53,384 nucleotides of DNA from a virus. Lineage: Duplodnaviria; Caudoviricetes. Position 1 is the stretch's first letter. Each line of letters opens with the position of its first letter. The notes beneath the pieces are model-generated. The model did not search any database and was not told the origin of the DNA. It worked only from the letters and a program-made list of their open reading frames with translations. Both the position numbers and the translations under genes were made by a program. Below, one piece after another: positions 45,195 through 53,384 of this stretch. The stretch lies in the IMG/VR virus record IMGVR_UViG_3300030104_001707, positions 1 through 53,384 of that record. One strand, given 5' to 3'.

Positions 45195-47269
45195 GCACAA
45201 TCTTCTTGTTCCATCCAATTTTTTCCAATCGACATTTCGACATCAAGAGGAATAAATTTTTCTAAACCAAATCTTTTTTCTGCTTCATCTTGCGCTTTAA
45301 TTAAACAAATAGGAGCTATCTGCTTTACTTCCTCAATCTCATCTGGATGACAATCTACTATAACAGAATCGTGTACCGTGTTGATAACTAAGCTATTTAG
45401 TCCACGTTCCTTTAGCTGTTTATGTAGTAGTATGACACCAAGAGGAACGATCTCAGCAGTGGCTACAGACTGAACTGGATAGTTTACGATTTGAGTTTTA
45501 GAAGATGCGTTACCCTGTTTAGTACGATAGACATTCGGAAATGCAAACTGTCTACCTGTAGCAGTTGTAACAACCTCATTCTCAATCGCTTCAGACTGTA
45601 AAATTTTGTGCCAGTTGAACACTCCTGCATACTTTCCAAAGAACTCCTGAAAGTATACTCGTTGTGCAAATGTACCCTGCGATCCTCCGTATAGAGGTCT
45701 GAAAGTAGATGCTTTGGCAGCACCACGTTCTGTTGGTTCTCCATTATCTGTAAGAACCTTTGCCGTATATGCATGGACATCGAAGCCCTCCCTTACTTCT
45801 TGTTTTATTCTCTCATCCTTGGCAAGGATACCTGCAACCCTAAACTCTAATTGAGAATAATCTACTTCAAGTAATTCCCCACCTTCAAACCTACTGACAA
45901 ACGCCTTGCGAACAGGGAACAGTTTACCTTTAGGCATATTTTGTAGGTTGGGATTACTACTGCTAAGTCTACCTGTAGCTGTTATACATTGGTTAAAGTT
46001 AGCGTGAAGTATAGTATCACCTTCTCGTATACCTTTTTTAATACCTTCAATAAACGAACTACGATATGTATCTATAGCAGACAATCGTATCAAAGAGTTA
46101 AGAAACTTCTTGACTTCTGGATTTTTTTGCGTCTTTTCCAAATCAACAAGAGTATTCTTATCAGTCTTAAAACCTCCTGCTGATGCTAATGCAACAATCG
46201 GGGTCACTTGAAGTCCTGCCCTTTCTGGCAACTCTTTGTATTCAAAACCTGTACCGTTACAGTGATCACACTTAGTCATATTTTTAAACTTAGTGCCATC
46301 CTTTTTAATCTTATAGTATCCACCTCTGCCAAAACAGTGTGAACATTTCATTGCCTGAGTTTTATATGCAGGAGTAAAGCAGTCCTCTACGCATTTAACA
46401 AAACCTGAGTCCATCATCTTTGGTCTGCGCTTTGGTTTACCTCTAGCATCTACTCCTATGTTCATGTATTCACGCCAAGATTTTTTATTATTTAACTTGT
46501 ATGAATAAATAACCTGAGACAGTTGCTCTGGACTACTTAGATTGATTGGTGTATCTCCTACAAGTTTTTTAACTGTAGTATTTAAATAGTGTTGCAACTC
46601 TCCTTGTTCTATCTCATACTCTTGGTCAACCTTGTTAAGAACATCTATATCAATAGCCATACCTGCTCTCTCTATGTCAGTAAGCACATCACAGAACTCA
46701 CACATAAGATCACGAATAGCTACGAGTGAGTGGTTTGAGGCTTTACTAAACCTCTCTTGTTGCTTCTGAAATACTTCAGCAGTTGCAAGAACATCATTAG
46801 TTAAATAAGTTTCTTGATCAAACAAAGACATATCACTGTAGTTCAAACCTTTGTTGAGTGTATCTCCAAGAGAACTTTCTTTACGAGTAACTTTATATTT
46901 CTCAGCTAGACCATCTAACGAAAGTTTATTTCGTAAGCCTTTGCTAAGTACATACTCATTAATCATAGTATCAATAATCTTAACATCACATTCTATTCCT
47001 ACCTCACGCAACCAAGCTACATCAAACTTAGCATTATGGGCTACGATATACTTAGCACCTTTTATCTCCTCTTCAAAATCATCGAGATCAAAATTATTAG
47101 ATGATTTGTTTTTTATTTGTACAGTTAAACCACCTATTTTAGATCCATCCAAGTTTCTTTTTAAGTAACCTATGGCTACTAACTCGTTGTATTTATTATA
47201 TGGTGAAGGATCTTTTCTATCTCCCTTCAAATCAACTTCCAAGTCTACAACTAATACATAATCTTCCAT
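45191..47269 (-). CDS. polA: Family A DNA polymerase with DnaJ-like zinc-finger insertion
   Basis: Exo motifs DLEV and HNAKFD; TGRLSS, DYSQLEFR, KASTFRPLYG, NYPVQ, VHDS; CSHCFGRG and CDHCNGTG. Confidence 0.96.
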   Translation of the reverse strand: MEDYVLVVDLEVDLKGDRKDPSPYNKYNELVAIGYLKRNLDGSKIGGLTVQIKNKSSNNFDLDDFEEEIKGAKYIVAHNAKFDVAWLREVGIECDVKIIDTMINEYVLSKGLRNKLSLDGLAEKYKVTRKESSLGDTLNKGLNYSDMSLFDQETYLTNDVLATAEVFQKQQERFSKASNHSLVAIRDLMCEFCDVLTDIERAGMAIDIDVLNKVDQEYEIEQGELQHYLNTTVKKLVGDTPINLSSPEQLSQVIYSYKLNNKKSWREYMNIGVDARGKPKRRPKMMDSGFVKCVEDCFTPAYKTQAMKCSHCFGRGGYYKIKKDGTKFKNMTKCDHCNGTGFEYKELPERAGLQVTPIVALASAGGFKTDKNTLVDLEKTQKNPEVKKFLNSLIRLSAIDTYRSSFIEGIKKGIREGDTILHANFNQCITATGRLSSSNPNLQNMPKGKLFPVRKAFVSRFEGGELLEVDYSQLEFRVAGILAKDERIKQEVREGFDVHAYTAKVLTDNGEPTERGAAKASTFRPLYGGSQGTFAQRVYFQEFFGKYAGVFNWHKILQSEAIENEVVTTATGRQFAFPNVYRTKQGNASSKTQIVNYPVQSVATAEIVPLGVILLHKQLKERGLNSLVINTVHDSVIVDCHPDEIEEVKQIAPICLIKAQDEAEKRFGLEKFIPLDVEMSIGKNWMEQEDCA

Positions 47270-47275
47270 GTCACC

Positions 47276-47683
47276 TCACTTATAAAATATATGATCACCA
47301 ATTTGTCTTACTTTTACTTTGTACTTAGCCCACCAAGGATCTACCTTCACACTATGATAATGTGTAGCACCTTTTACGGTATCTGTCAAGCCATAATATA
47401 CTTTTTCTGCAACTTCTAATGAATTTAGCCATGCTATTTCATCTTTAGGCTTGTCACTAAGACCGTCACAGTACCAGCTAAACTGACAGCGATCCTTAAT
47501 AGGATAATTAACAGACCAAGAATATGTTGGCCCTTGAAACACAACCTCGCACACAGTATTAGGATATTTTTCTGATTTTACTCGTTCTAATACTACCTGA
47601 CTTACTGCTATCTGACCCTCAATAGGCTGATTACGAGATTCAAAATAAATATTTAATGCTAAACAAGTTATTGCTTCAATCAT
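47276..47683 (-). CDS. SleB/CwlJ-like cell wall hydrolase
   Basis: CLALNIYFESR, CQFSWYCDG, GATHYH, IGDHIFY. Confidence 0.9.
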   Translation of the reverse strand: MIEAITCLALNIYFESRNQPIEGQIAVSQVVLERVKSEKYPNTVCEVVFQGPTYSWSVNYPIKDRCQFSWYCDGLSDKPKDEIAWLNSLEVAEKVYYGLTDTVKGATHYHSVKVDPWWAKYKVKVRQIGDHIFYK

Positions 47684-47897
47684 TATTTTTATTCCCTAAG
47701 TTTACATCTCTACAAAAGTTATTTTGTAATTTATTTATCATTTTGTTTTTATACTCTTCAGGATACCAATCAGGTCTAAAATCACACATATAATCTAGCT
47801 GTTGCATTTTTTCAACATAATTTTTTTCAGCGTAAGATAATTTATGACCTTCAGATTCTAATTTTTTTAAATCTAAATAAACTTCATCTAAAATCAT
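47676..47897 (-). CDS. Hypothetical protein (73 aa)
   Basis: Overlap-coupled in operon. Confidence 0.6.
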   Translation of the reverse strand: MILDEVYLDLKKLESEGHKLSYAEKNYVEKMQQLDYMCDFRPDWYPEEYKNKMINKLQNNFCRDVNLGNKNND

Positions 47898-48121
47898 TGA
47901 CCTACCCTTTCAATATTGATATTCCAATCTTTAGCTACAAAATTACCTCTGACTTTAGCACTCTTACCTAGTCTATATATTTGTTTATAATCTAAACCAT
48001 GCATAGATGCAAGTATTTTAGCAGTTTCTATATTCCAATTAGGATTACTCTTAGCAGAATACCAGATAAACTCCAGTATACTGTTATTGTATAATTGTCT
48101 TTGAAGCTCTCTTTTATTCAT
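47894..48121 (-). CDS. Hypothetical protein (75 aa)
   Basis: First gene after the promoter at 48165-48193; AGGA RBS. Confidence 0.65.
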   Translation of the reverse strand: MNKRELQRQLYNNSILEFIWYSAKSNPNWNIETAKILASMHGLDYKQIYRLGKSAKVRGNFVAKDWNINIERVGQ

Positions 48122-48164
48122 AAGTAATCCTAATAAGGTTGTATCCCCCCGAAGGGGAATACTT

Positions 48165-48193
48165 TATATATCACATATTTATCAAGTTGTCAA
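48165..48193 (-). promoter_or_regulatory. Sigma70 promoter upstream of the polA operon
   Basis: TTGACA-N17-TATATA; spacer ends TATGTGA as in the capsid promoter; cUUCGg hairpin at 48141-48162 follows. Confidence 0.65.
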
Positions 48194-48320
48194 GTGTTTT
48201 TTCATCTTCATCTGGAATATTTTTAAATGGGTCTGCTTTCCAGCAGTCACACTCAAGACACATTACATCAGGATCAGGATGAACACAACTCTTCATATCA
48301 ATAAAATCACTAGTCAACAT
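48171..48320 (-). CDS. 49-aa Cys-rich peptide MLTSDFIDMKSCVHPDPDVMCLECDCWK... (not in ORF track)
   Basis: Translated by hand; GAGG upstream; overlaps the helicase stop. Confidence 0.5.
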   Translation of the reverse strand: MLTSDFIDMKSCVHPDPDVMCLECDCWKADPFKNIPDEDEKTLDNLINM

Positions 48321-49518
48321 ATCTAGATACCTCTGGTTCTATGACAGTGGTGCAGGTTCCATGCTTACCTCCTAGCTTATTCTTGCTAACGTAGATATGC
48401 CTGAGTTTATTATCCTCACCACTATCTTCTTGCTCCTTGCCAATGCCGACAATAAGATCAGCTTCAGCTGCCTTACCCACACGGCTACCTGCCATCTGAG
48501 TAAACCTAAGAACAGTTCTGCCATCTGCTTCTGCATTTGCCTGAGACACTCCTATAACTGCACAAACATGTTTCTTGGATAATGTTCTGGCAGACCTGTA
48601 TATCTCACCTAGTCTGATGTCATCTCTGGCATAGTTTCCACCAATCTGCATCTTATCTAGCTGATCAATACCTACAATGTCAGGCTTGTGCTTGGCAATC
48701 AACTGGTCAAGTTCTTCCATTGAGGGAACTTCATCAGTATTAAGAAACACACACTGATTACGGTATACATCCCACAAGTTATGTGCTTTCACTGTGTCAG
48801 CAGTTATCTGTGCATCAGTCATACCTGTAAAAGAACTTACTGCTCTCAGTGCAGTCCTCTCAACAGGTTCCTCATTACCTAGTATCATTACCTTCGCACC
48901 TTGGGCCATGAAACCTTTCGGAGCAAACAGCGTAGATATAAGAAAGGCTGTTTTACCAGTTTCAACCAAAGCAAAGATAGCAGAGAAGGTCGAGGGGCCG
49001 ATTCCTGGACAGATATCCCTAAGTCCTTTGAGGTTCCATTTGTATTTGGAAACATCTCTAGTAGAGTGGAGTAAAGATGCAACGTCATGTTTAATCTCCT
49101 GTATTGTTTCTCTTGGCATAAAGTTTTCCTGATAACGATCAATTAAATCAGTAACTTTATTCAGATCATTAACCTTGTTATCCATCATGGCAATGCCAAG
49201 ATCAGCTAACTGTCTGCCAAAGTATGCTTTGAATTGATCCTTCAAAACATCTTGTGCTACATCCTCACCAATATCTTTTGGTAAAGATCGGACTAACATC
49301 ATCATAGATTTCTTCTGGCTGGTAGTCATTGTTCTAAACTCACTGAACAATACCTGTTCTACTTCAGCAGGGGTCAAGTCTCTGCCATACCTAGCATGAC
49401 CTAACTCAATGCTACGCCATATCTTTTTAGCTTCATTCTCAAAGAAATCTATTGCTATAAGATGTCTGTTTTGCTCATAAAATCTATGAGATAAAAATAG
49501 TCCTAGTAAATCATTCAT
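48310..49518 (-). CDS. DnaB-like (SF4) replicative helicase
   Basis: Walker A ALVETGKT, GNEE, IDQLDK, SQA, KAAEADLIVGIG, KNKLGG. Confidence 0.92.
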   Translation of the reverse strand: MNDLLGLFLSHRFYEQNRHLIAIDFFENEAKKIWRSIELGHARYGRDLTPAEVEQVLFSEFRTMTTSQKKSMMMLVRSLPKDIGEDVAQDVLKDQFKAYFGRQLADLGIAMMDNKVNDLNKVTDLIDRYQENFMPRETIQEIKHDVASLLHSTRDVSKYKWNLKGLRDICPGIGPSTFSAIFALVETGKTAFLISTLFAPKGFMAQGAKVMILGNEEPVERTALRAVSSFTGMTDAQITADTVKAHNLWDVYRNQCVFLNTDEVPSMEELDQLIAKHKPDIVGIDQLDKMQIGGNYARDDIRLGEIYRSARTLSKKHVCAVIGVSQANAEADGRTVLRFTQMAGSRVGKAAEADLIVGIGKEQEDSGEDNKLRHIYVSKNKLGGKHGTCTTVIEPEVSRYVD

Positions 49519-49519
49519 A

Positions 49520-49600
49520 TTATTCTCCTGCTAACAACATTAAAAAAACTGCACCAAAACATATACCAATGATATGCCAGTTATCAAGTATCTCCATCAT
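49520..49600 (-). CDS. 26-aa hydrophobic peptide MMEILDNWHIIGICFGAVFLMLLAGE (not in ORF track)
   Basis: Translated by hand; AGGA upstream; stop adjacent to the helicase start. Confidence 0.4.
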   Translation of the reverse strand: MMEILDNWHIIGICFGAVFLMLLAGE

Positions 49601-49751
49601 TTTTCCTACCTGGTCTAATAATGTGTAGAGTTACGTTACCTGCTTCACTCTCATACCATTGAGGGTTCCAAGGTTGAGGACAGGTATGATACCATTCAAA
49701 CAGTCTTGCCATGTCAGCATCCCATCTTAAAGGTTTATCTTTATCAGTCAT
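49584..49751 (-). CDS. 55-aa hypothetical protein MTDKDKPLRWDADMARLFEWYHTCP... (not in ORF track)
   Basis: Translated by hand; AAGGAG RBS; overlaps the primase stop. Confidence 0.65.
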   Translation of the reverse strand: MTDKDKPLRWDADMARLFEWYHTCPQPWNPQWYESEAGNVTLHIIRPGRKNDGDT

Positions 49752-50508
49752 TTAATACTCCTTTCGGGTTTTCTTTTGGATCTACTTCTAATAATTTTAC
49801 ATTTGCCCTAGTAAACTGTGCTATCCTATTCTTCATACGAATAGCTTTAGATGACGCATCTTTATCAAGACACACTATAACATAGGGATACTTTATCACA
49901 ATGTCAAGTACCTCATTAGATAAATTTGTACCCAACAATGCTAAACCTATACCGTGTTGCGAAACTGCAACAGCAGATGCAGAATCCTCAACGACATAAC
50001 AAGTTTCTCCTTCACCACAAATAAAAGGCAAACCTGAGTTAGAATATCTATGCCATTTAGCACCATACTTAGATAACGATCTGCCTACAGCATCAATAAT
50101 CTTAGGCGTTATGGTTGGCAGACTTCCTTCATTTATTTTAACGTCAAAGATTGGAAACACTGCCCTGTCAAGTTTTACATCGTGATACAGTTGAACTTTA
50201 TCTGTATTAATATTATTTTCATTACAGTATCTTGTCATCTTCTTAGGCAGATATACAGAGAAGTGATCTGGTATTTTGAACTCCTGTTTTTTCTGACTCG
50301 GCAGTATGATAGATTTTTCTCTGATGTACCTGCTAGAAGACAGCATCCTTTTCTTTCCAGACACATTGCATCCAGCTTTATAACAGTTATACAAAACTAT
50401 GCCATCAGTTCTGGTTGCAGTAAATGTTTTAACACCACCACAACTAGGACAATTAATCCTAATCTTCTGATACTCCATTAGATCGTCAAACTCTGGTAAA
50501 TCAAACAT
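49744..50508 (-). CDS. DNA primase (Zn-binding + TOPRIM)
   Basis: CPSC...NCYKAGC, VGR, VVEDSASA, LLGT, CLDKDA. Confidence 0.9.
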   Translation of the reverse strand: MFDLPEFDDLMEYQKIRINCPSCGGVKTFTATRTDGIVLYNCYKAGCNVSGKKRMLSSSRYIREKSIILPSQKKQEFKIPDHFSVYLPKKMTRYCNENNINTDKVQLYHDVKLDRAVFPIFDVKINEGSLPTITPKIIDAVGRSLSKYGAKWHRYSNSGLPFICGEGETCYVVEDSASAVAVSQHGIGLALLGTNLSNEVLDIVIKYPYVIVCLDKDASSKAIRMKNRIAQFTRANVKLLEVDPKENPKGVLND

Positions 50509-50509
50509 A

Positions 50510-50713
50510 TCAAGAATCCAATAGTTGTCGTTTGTTTTGTCTCTTCAAAAGGTTCTTACGTCTTTTATCTTCAATCACTCGCTTATGAAATAGATTGTCA
50601 TTCAAAGCTATCGCCATAGGATTCCTCTTCCTTGAGGCTCTCAAAATCTTCGATGATCTCAGCATTTTCCCTTTCCTCTTCTTGTTTGATGTCATTATAA
50701 GTATCCTCAACAT
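50510..50713 (-). CDS. Small basic protein
   Basis: RNPMAIAL...FHKRVIEDKR; start uncertain. Confidence 0.55.
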   Translation of the reverse strand: MLRILIMTSNKKRKGKMLRSSKILRASRKRNPMAIALNDNLFHKRVIEDKRRKNLLKRQNKRQLLDS

Positions 50714-50765
50714 AGTCTCTCAGTATTTCTTCAATATCCTGAGAGGTTCTTTTACGCTGTATCAC

Positions 50766-51041
50766 CTAATCCTCTCCCTGAATATTACTGTTCCAACGCT
50801 TTTCCAAAGACTGAAATATTAAAGCGTATCTTTGCTCCTCACTTATACCAGTAATATCATTCAGTCTGTCGAATAAAATCAATATAAGTGTATCAACAAG
50901 AGCTTTAACTCCCTCATCAGTCCATCCTTCATCATAATCCTCGCTCCAGCCATCAAAAACTCCAACGTTAATTGCTTTGCTAAAATCATTCCAGGATGGC
51001 TTGGCATCTAATTTGTTCAAATAACTTCTCCATTTATACAT
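50766..51041 (-). CDS. Hypothetical protein (91 aa)
   Basis: AAGGGA RBS; in operon. Confidence 0.65.
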   Translation of the reverse strand: MYKWRSYLNKLDAKPSWNDFSKAINVGVFDGWSEDYDEGWTDEGVKALVDTLILILFDRLNDITGISEEQRYALIFQSLEKRWNSNIQGED

Positions 51042-51053
51042 AATTTTTCCCTT

Positions 51054-51902
51054 CTATGCAACTAACTTTAAAAACTCTGGATGTTCTATCCATTTGGCTA
51101 CATCTTCATTACGCTTGAACTGACGCTCCAGTGTATTATCATTGGCAGTCTGGCGAAACCCAAAGCGGTCATCATGTGTAGCATACTGAGTGAATGCAGA
51201 GTATACAGACCAAGCATTTGCACCTCGTATCTCAAACTCACTTAGCACAGAGTTAAGCATATTCTTTGATGCTCTCTTTGGTAGCATAGTTTCAAGCGCA
51301 TCTTTTAAACGTACCACAGATATAGGTGTTTGTGCAAGTTTCTGACACCATTGAGTGTGATCAATAAAACGATCATAGATACCTTCCATCTCATATGTGA
51401 TACGGTTCATATCAAAGTGTCTGGTATTCTTCTTTCTTATTTTATTGTAGTCACCAGATACCATACCGTTAGTGCAGAAGAAATCAATAGCACCACTAAT
51501 CACATTATTAGATGTAAGACCATCGACACCATGCCAAGCATACAATGTCAGAGCAGTATCAGTCTTATGCTTATTTGTCTCAATGGTAGCACGATGATTA
51601 TTGAATGTTACTTTCTCCAATGCCCATGCACCATTACGAGATATTCTAGTGTCGATCTCTACATCATTATCTTTGTCATAGAAATCCTCATCATCGAATC
51701 TCAACTCCTTACTCCATGCCTCTCGTATTGGGCCAAAGAAATCTGGATGACTGACACCACCAAAGTCTTTACCGACTACACCAATAGCCTCATCAGTATC
51801 AGTGCGAATAACATACTTACGTTCTGGAAATCTTTCCAGTGGAGCATATGCTATATCAAAGTCTGCTTGTCCAAAGTCATTCATGTCTACAGTATTAATC
51901 AT
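51054..51902 (-). CDS. DUF932-like phage protein
   Basis: VIRTDT..IGVVG, HGVDGLTS, FCTNGMV, AWSVYSAFTQYATH. Confidence 0.8.
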   Translation of the reverse strand: MINTVDMNDFGQADFDIAYAPLERFPERKYVIRTDTDEAIGVVGKDFGGVSHPDFFGPIREAWSKELRFDDEDFYDKDNDVEIDTRISRNGAWALEKVTFNNHRATIETNKHKTDTALTLYAWHGVDGLTSNNVISGAIDFFCTNGMVSGDYNKIRKKNTRHFDMNRITYEMEGIYDRFIDHTQWCQKLAQTPISVVRLKDALETMLPKRASKNMLNSVLSEFEIRGANAWSVYSAFTQYATHDDRFGFRQTANDNTLERQFKRNEDVAKWIEHPEFLKLVA

Positions 51903-51942
51903 AGTATTTATCCTCTCTTCCTAATATGTGGACCCATAAGCA

Positions 51943-52539
51943 TTAGTACTTAGGGTATTCATTGTTTATATCATAGCGTAAAGCATTACGCAATATCTTT
52001 TTTTCTTTTTTTGTACCAATAAAATAAACGTAACGATGTTTAGCACTACGATTAATTCTATTAGTTCTGTCTCCTAGATGATGTCTACTGTGTTTACCAT
52101 CCTTACCAGCCATGTCAGTACGCTTTTTAGTCGTACCAGTAAAGAGCCAGTTGGTAGCTTGATACACTATACCTGCATGATCTTGGGCAGTGTCGGCATA
52201 CGATACAACTACTTTAGGAGTGGGCAACATCTTGAGTGAGCGAGAAACTAAGAACGATGCTTCGTTTGGCAGATTATCTCTGAGTACCAATCTGTTTAGT
52301 TCGATAACATCTGATCTATGTTCCTCACCACAAATACCCTTGCATAAAGACGGTGATGCTGGACTGCCATAAGATACCATGCCCACCATTTCATCGTGAC
52401 GATACAGGCCATAAGCATAGCTAATACTAGGCATACGTTTAGCATAGTGGATATTGAGTATCCAGTGTTTAGTTTCAGAATGTAGACATGGACGTATTTC
52501 GTATTCGCTTTGCATTTGGTTATTCCATCCGATAAACAT
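51943..52539 (-). CDS. Mom-family (Mu Mom-like, GNAT) DNA adenine modification protein
   Basis: IHY, IELNRL, EASFLVSRSL, VVSYAD...HAGIVYQATNW.FTG, KHRYVYF; AAGGAG RBS. Confidence 0.82.
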   Translation of the reverse strand: MFIGWNNQMQSEYEIRPCLHSETKHWILNIHYAKRMPSISYAYGLYRHDEMVGMVSYGSPASPSLCKGICGEEHRSDVIELNRLVLRDNLPNEASFLVSRSLKMLPTPKVVVSYADTAQDHAGIVYQATNWLFTGTTKKRTDMAGKDGKHSRHHLGDRTNRINRSAKHRYVYFIGTKKEKKILRNALRYDINNEYPKY

Positions 52540-52550
52540 TTGATTACTCC

Positions 52551-52775
52551 TTATACTAAGATGTCCAAGTTAGTACCACGATTAGTATCTACTGGTGGTG
52601 GTGGTCTAGTAGGTACTAGGTTGTCTACCTTTTTAGCAGATGGGTAGTGATGTTCTTCCACATGTTTAATGTGTGGTGTAGACTTCCAAGGTACATAGAT
52701 GTCTCTACCTATAAAGTCCTGCACCAGTATGTGATATACACTGTCAATGCTCATTAATAACTCCTTTATATCCAA
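52551..52775 (-). CDS. Hypothetical protein (74 aa; start uncertain)
   Basis: Fills the gap between two genes; C-terminal RGTNLDILV. Confidence 0.55.
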   Translation of the reverse strand: MDIKELLMSIDSVYHILVQDFIGRDIYVPWKSTPHIKHVEEHHYPSAKKVDNLVPTRPPPPVDTNRGTNLDILV

Positions 52776-53254
52776 TCTGGTTGTGGTCTATTTGTCCAAT
52801 TAAGTATGTGTGCCTTATCTGATTTGTAGTATGCACGATAAGCATCTACATAGTCAAGTCTTTTATGCTCATCAGGCATACATTGTGGTGGTGTAGTATG
52901 TAGTCTGTAGTCCTCATCAAAGTCATCATAGAACATAAAGTCTGCAATGTTCTTGAGTATGGCAGTAGACTTGTGATTTTTACCATATCTGTATTTATAC
53001 TCAGCACCTATATGAAGACCGTGTAGTAATGCCCATGACATATTAGCATCATTCTCTCTGACCCATACAGTCATAGGATGGTTCTTGTACGCTGGTTTAT
53101 AAATACGATTAGTAATATCCTCATCAGGAAAACACCATTCATGTATGGCGGTACTACACATTTGAGCAGTCTCCAACACCATTTTAACAACGTGTTTATC
53201 ACACAGTTGTTCGGCAGATTTGAACGGACAACGATCAATAAAGAATATGTTCAT
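52766..53254 (-). CDS. Pyrimidine-dimer DNA glycosylase (DenV-like) family protein
   Basis: MNIF...DKHVVKMVLETAQM, NHPMTVW, EYKYRYGKNHKS, PQCMPD, AYRAYY. Confidence 0.75.
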   Translation of the reverse strand: MNIFFIDRCPFKSAEQLCDKHVVKMVLETAQMCSTAIHEWCFPDEDITNRIYKPAYKNHPMTVWVRENDANMSWALLHGLHIGAEYKYRYGKNHKSTAILKNIADFMFYDDFDEDYRLHTTPPQCMPDEHKRLDYVDAYRAYYKSDKAHILNWTNRPQPDWI

Positions 53255-53329
53255 TAATTTTCTCCAAAAGTTTCTAATTAATTTCTATAAATAATAACAC
53301 AAATAATACATACTGTAAATAGTTTTTAT

Positions 53330-53371
53330 ATTTTTTTTGGCTCGGCAGATATTTTTTTTGGCTCGGCAGAT
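53330..53371. repeat. 21-bp tandem duplication attttttttggctcggcagat x2
   Basis: Exact copies at 53330-53350 and 53351-53371. Confidence 0.8.
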
Positions 53372-53384
53372 ATGGGGTTTTGAT

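Noticed and set aside
39851-52372. Plus-strand ORFs within the replication arm (e.g. 51330-51953, 46851-47168, 41974-42321)
   Set aside because: Antisense to clear genes, with no motifs or RBS
1-53384. tRNA genes, phage RNA polymerase, introns/inteins and stop-codon recoding
   Set aside because: No cloverleaf or T-loop pattern seen in the few intergenic gaps (by eye, not a tRNAscan run); no T7- or N4-type RNAP motifs; core genes are uninterrupted and of normal length under the standard code

Overview
This window is an apparently complete, circularly assembled ~53.35 kb genome of an AT-rich tailed dsDNA phage; the first 32 nt recur as the last 32 nt. It looks like an HMO-2011-type marine podovirus of an alphaproteobacterial host. 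The evidence is a family A DNA polymerase with a DnaJ-type CxxCxGxG x2 insertion, split primase and helicase, a class II RNR, and no phage RNA polymerase. Two divergent arms start from a ~0.9 kb non-coding control region (2198-3103). The + arm (3104-38348) encodes terminase, portal, scaffold, capsid, tail, three paralogous repeat proteins, internal virion proteins, a mini-MscS, a holin-like protein, IscA and lysozyme. The - arm (2197->1, continuing 53254->38393) carries early and replication genes: gp88-like, DenV-like, Mom-like, DUF932-like, primase, helicase, SleB-like hydrolase, PolA, SSB, Cas4-like nuclease, resolvase, MazG-like, RNR and Endo VII. The most striking feature is a dense array of host regulator sites in front of the early genes. 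It holds two consensus sigma54 (-24/-12) promoters, three alphaproteobacterial LexA boxes just downstream and a Fur-like box, yet the genome has no recognisable integrase or repressor. Other observations: covarying GNA mini-hairpin/TGATAG elements bracketing the early block, an xxxGG peptide tag shared by several morphogenesis-arm proteins, three split-domain proteins with nested propeller-like inserts and a conserved DNA junction, and a YLxxNxD...H(Y/F)D..G..E.R module in three virion proteins. All family assignments come from motif recognition by eye, not database searches.
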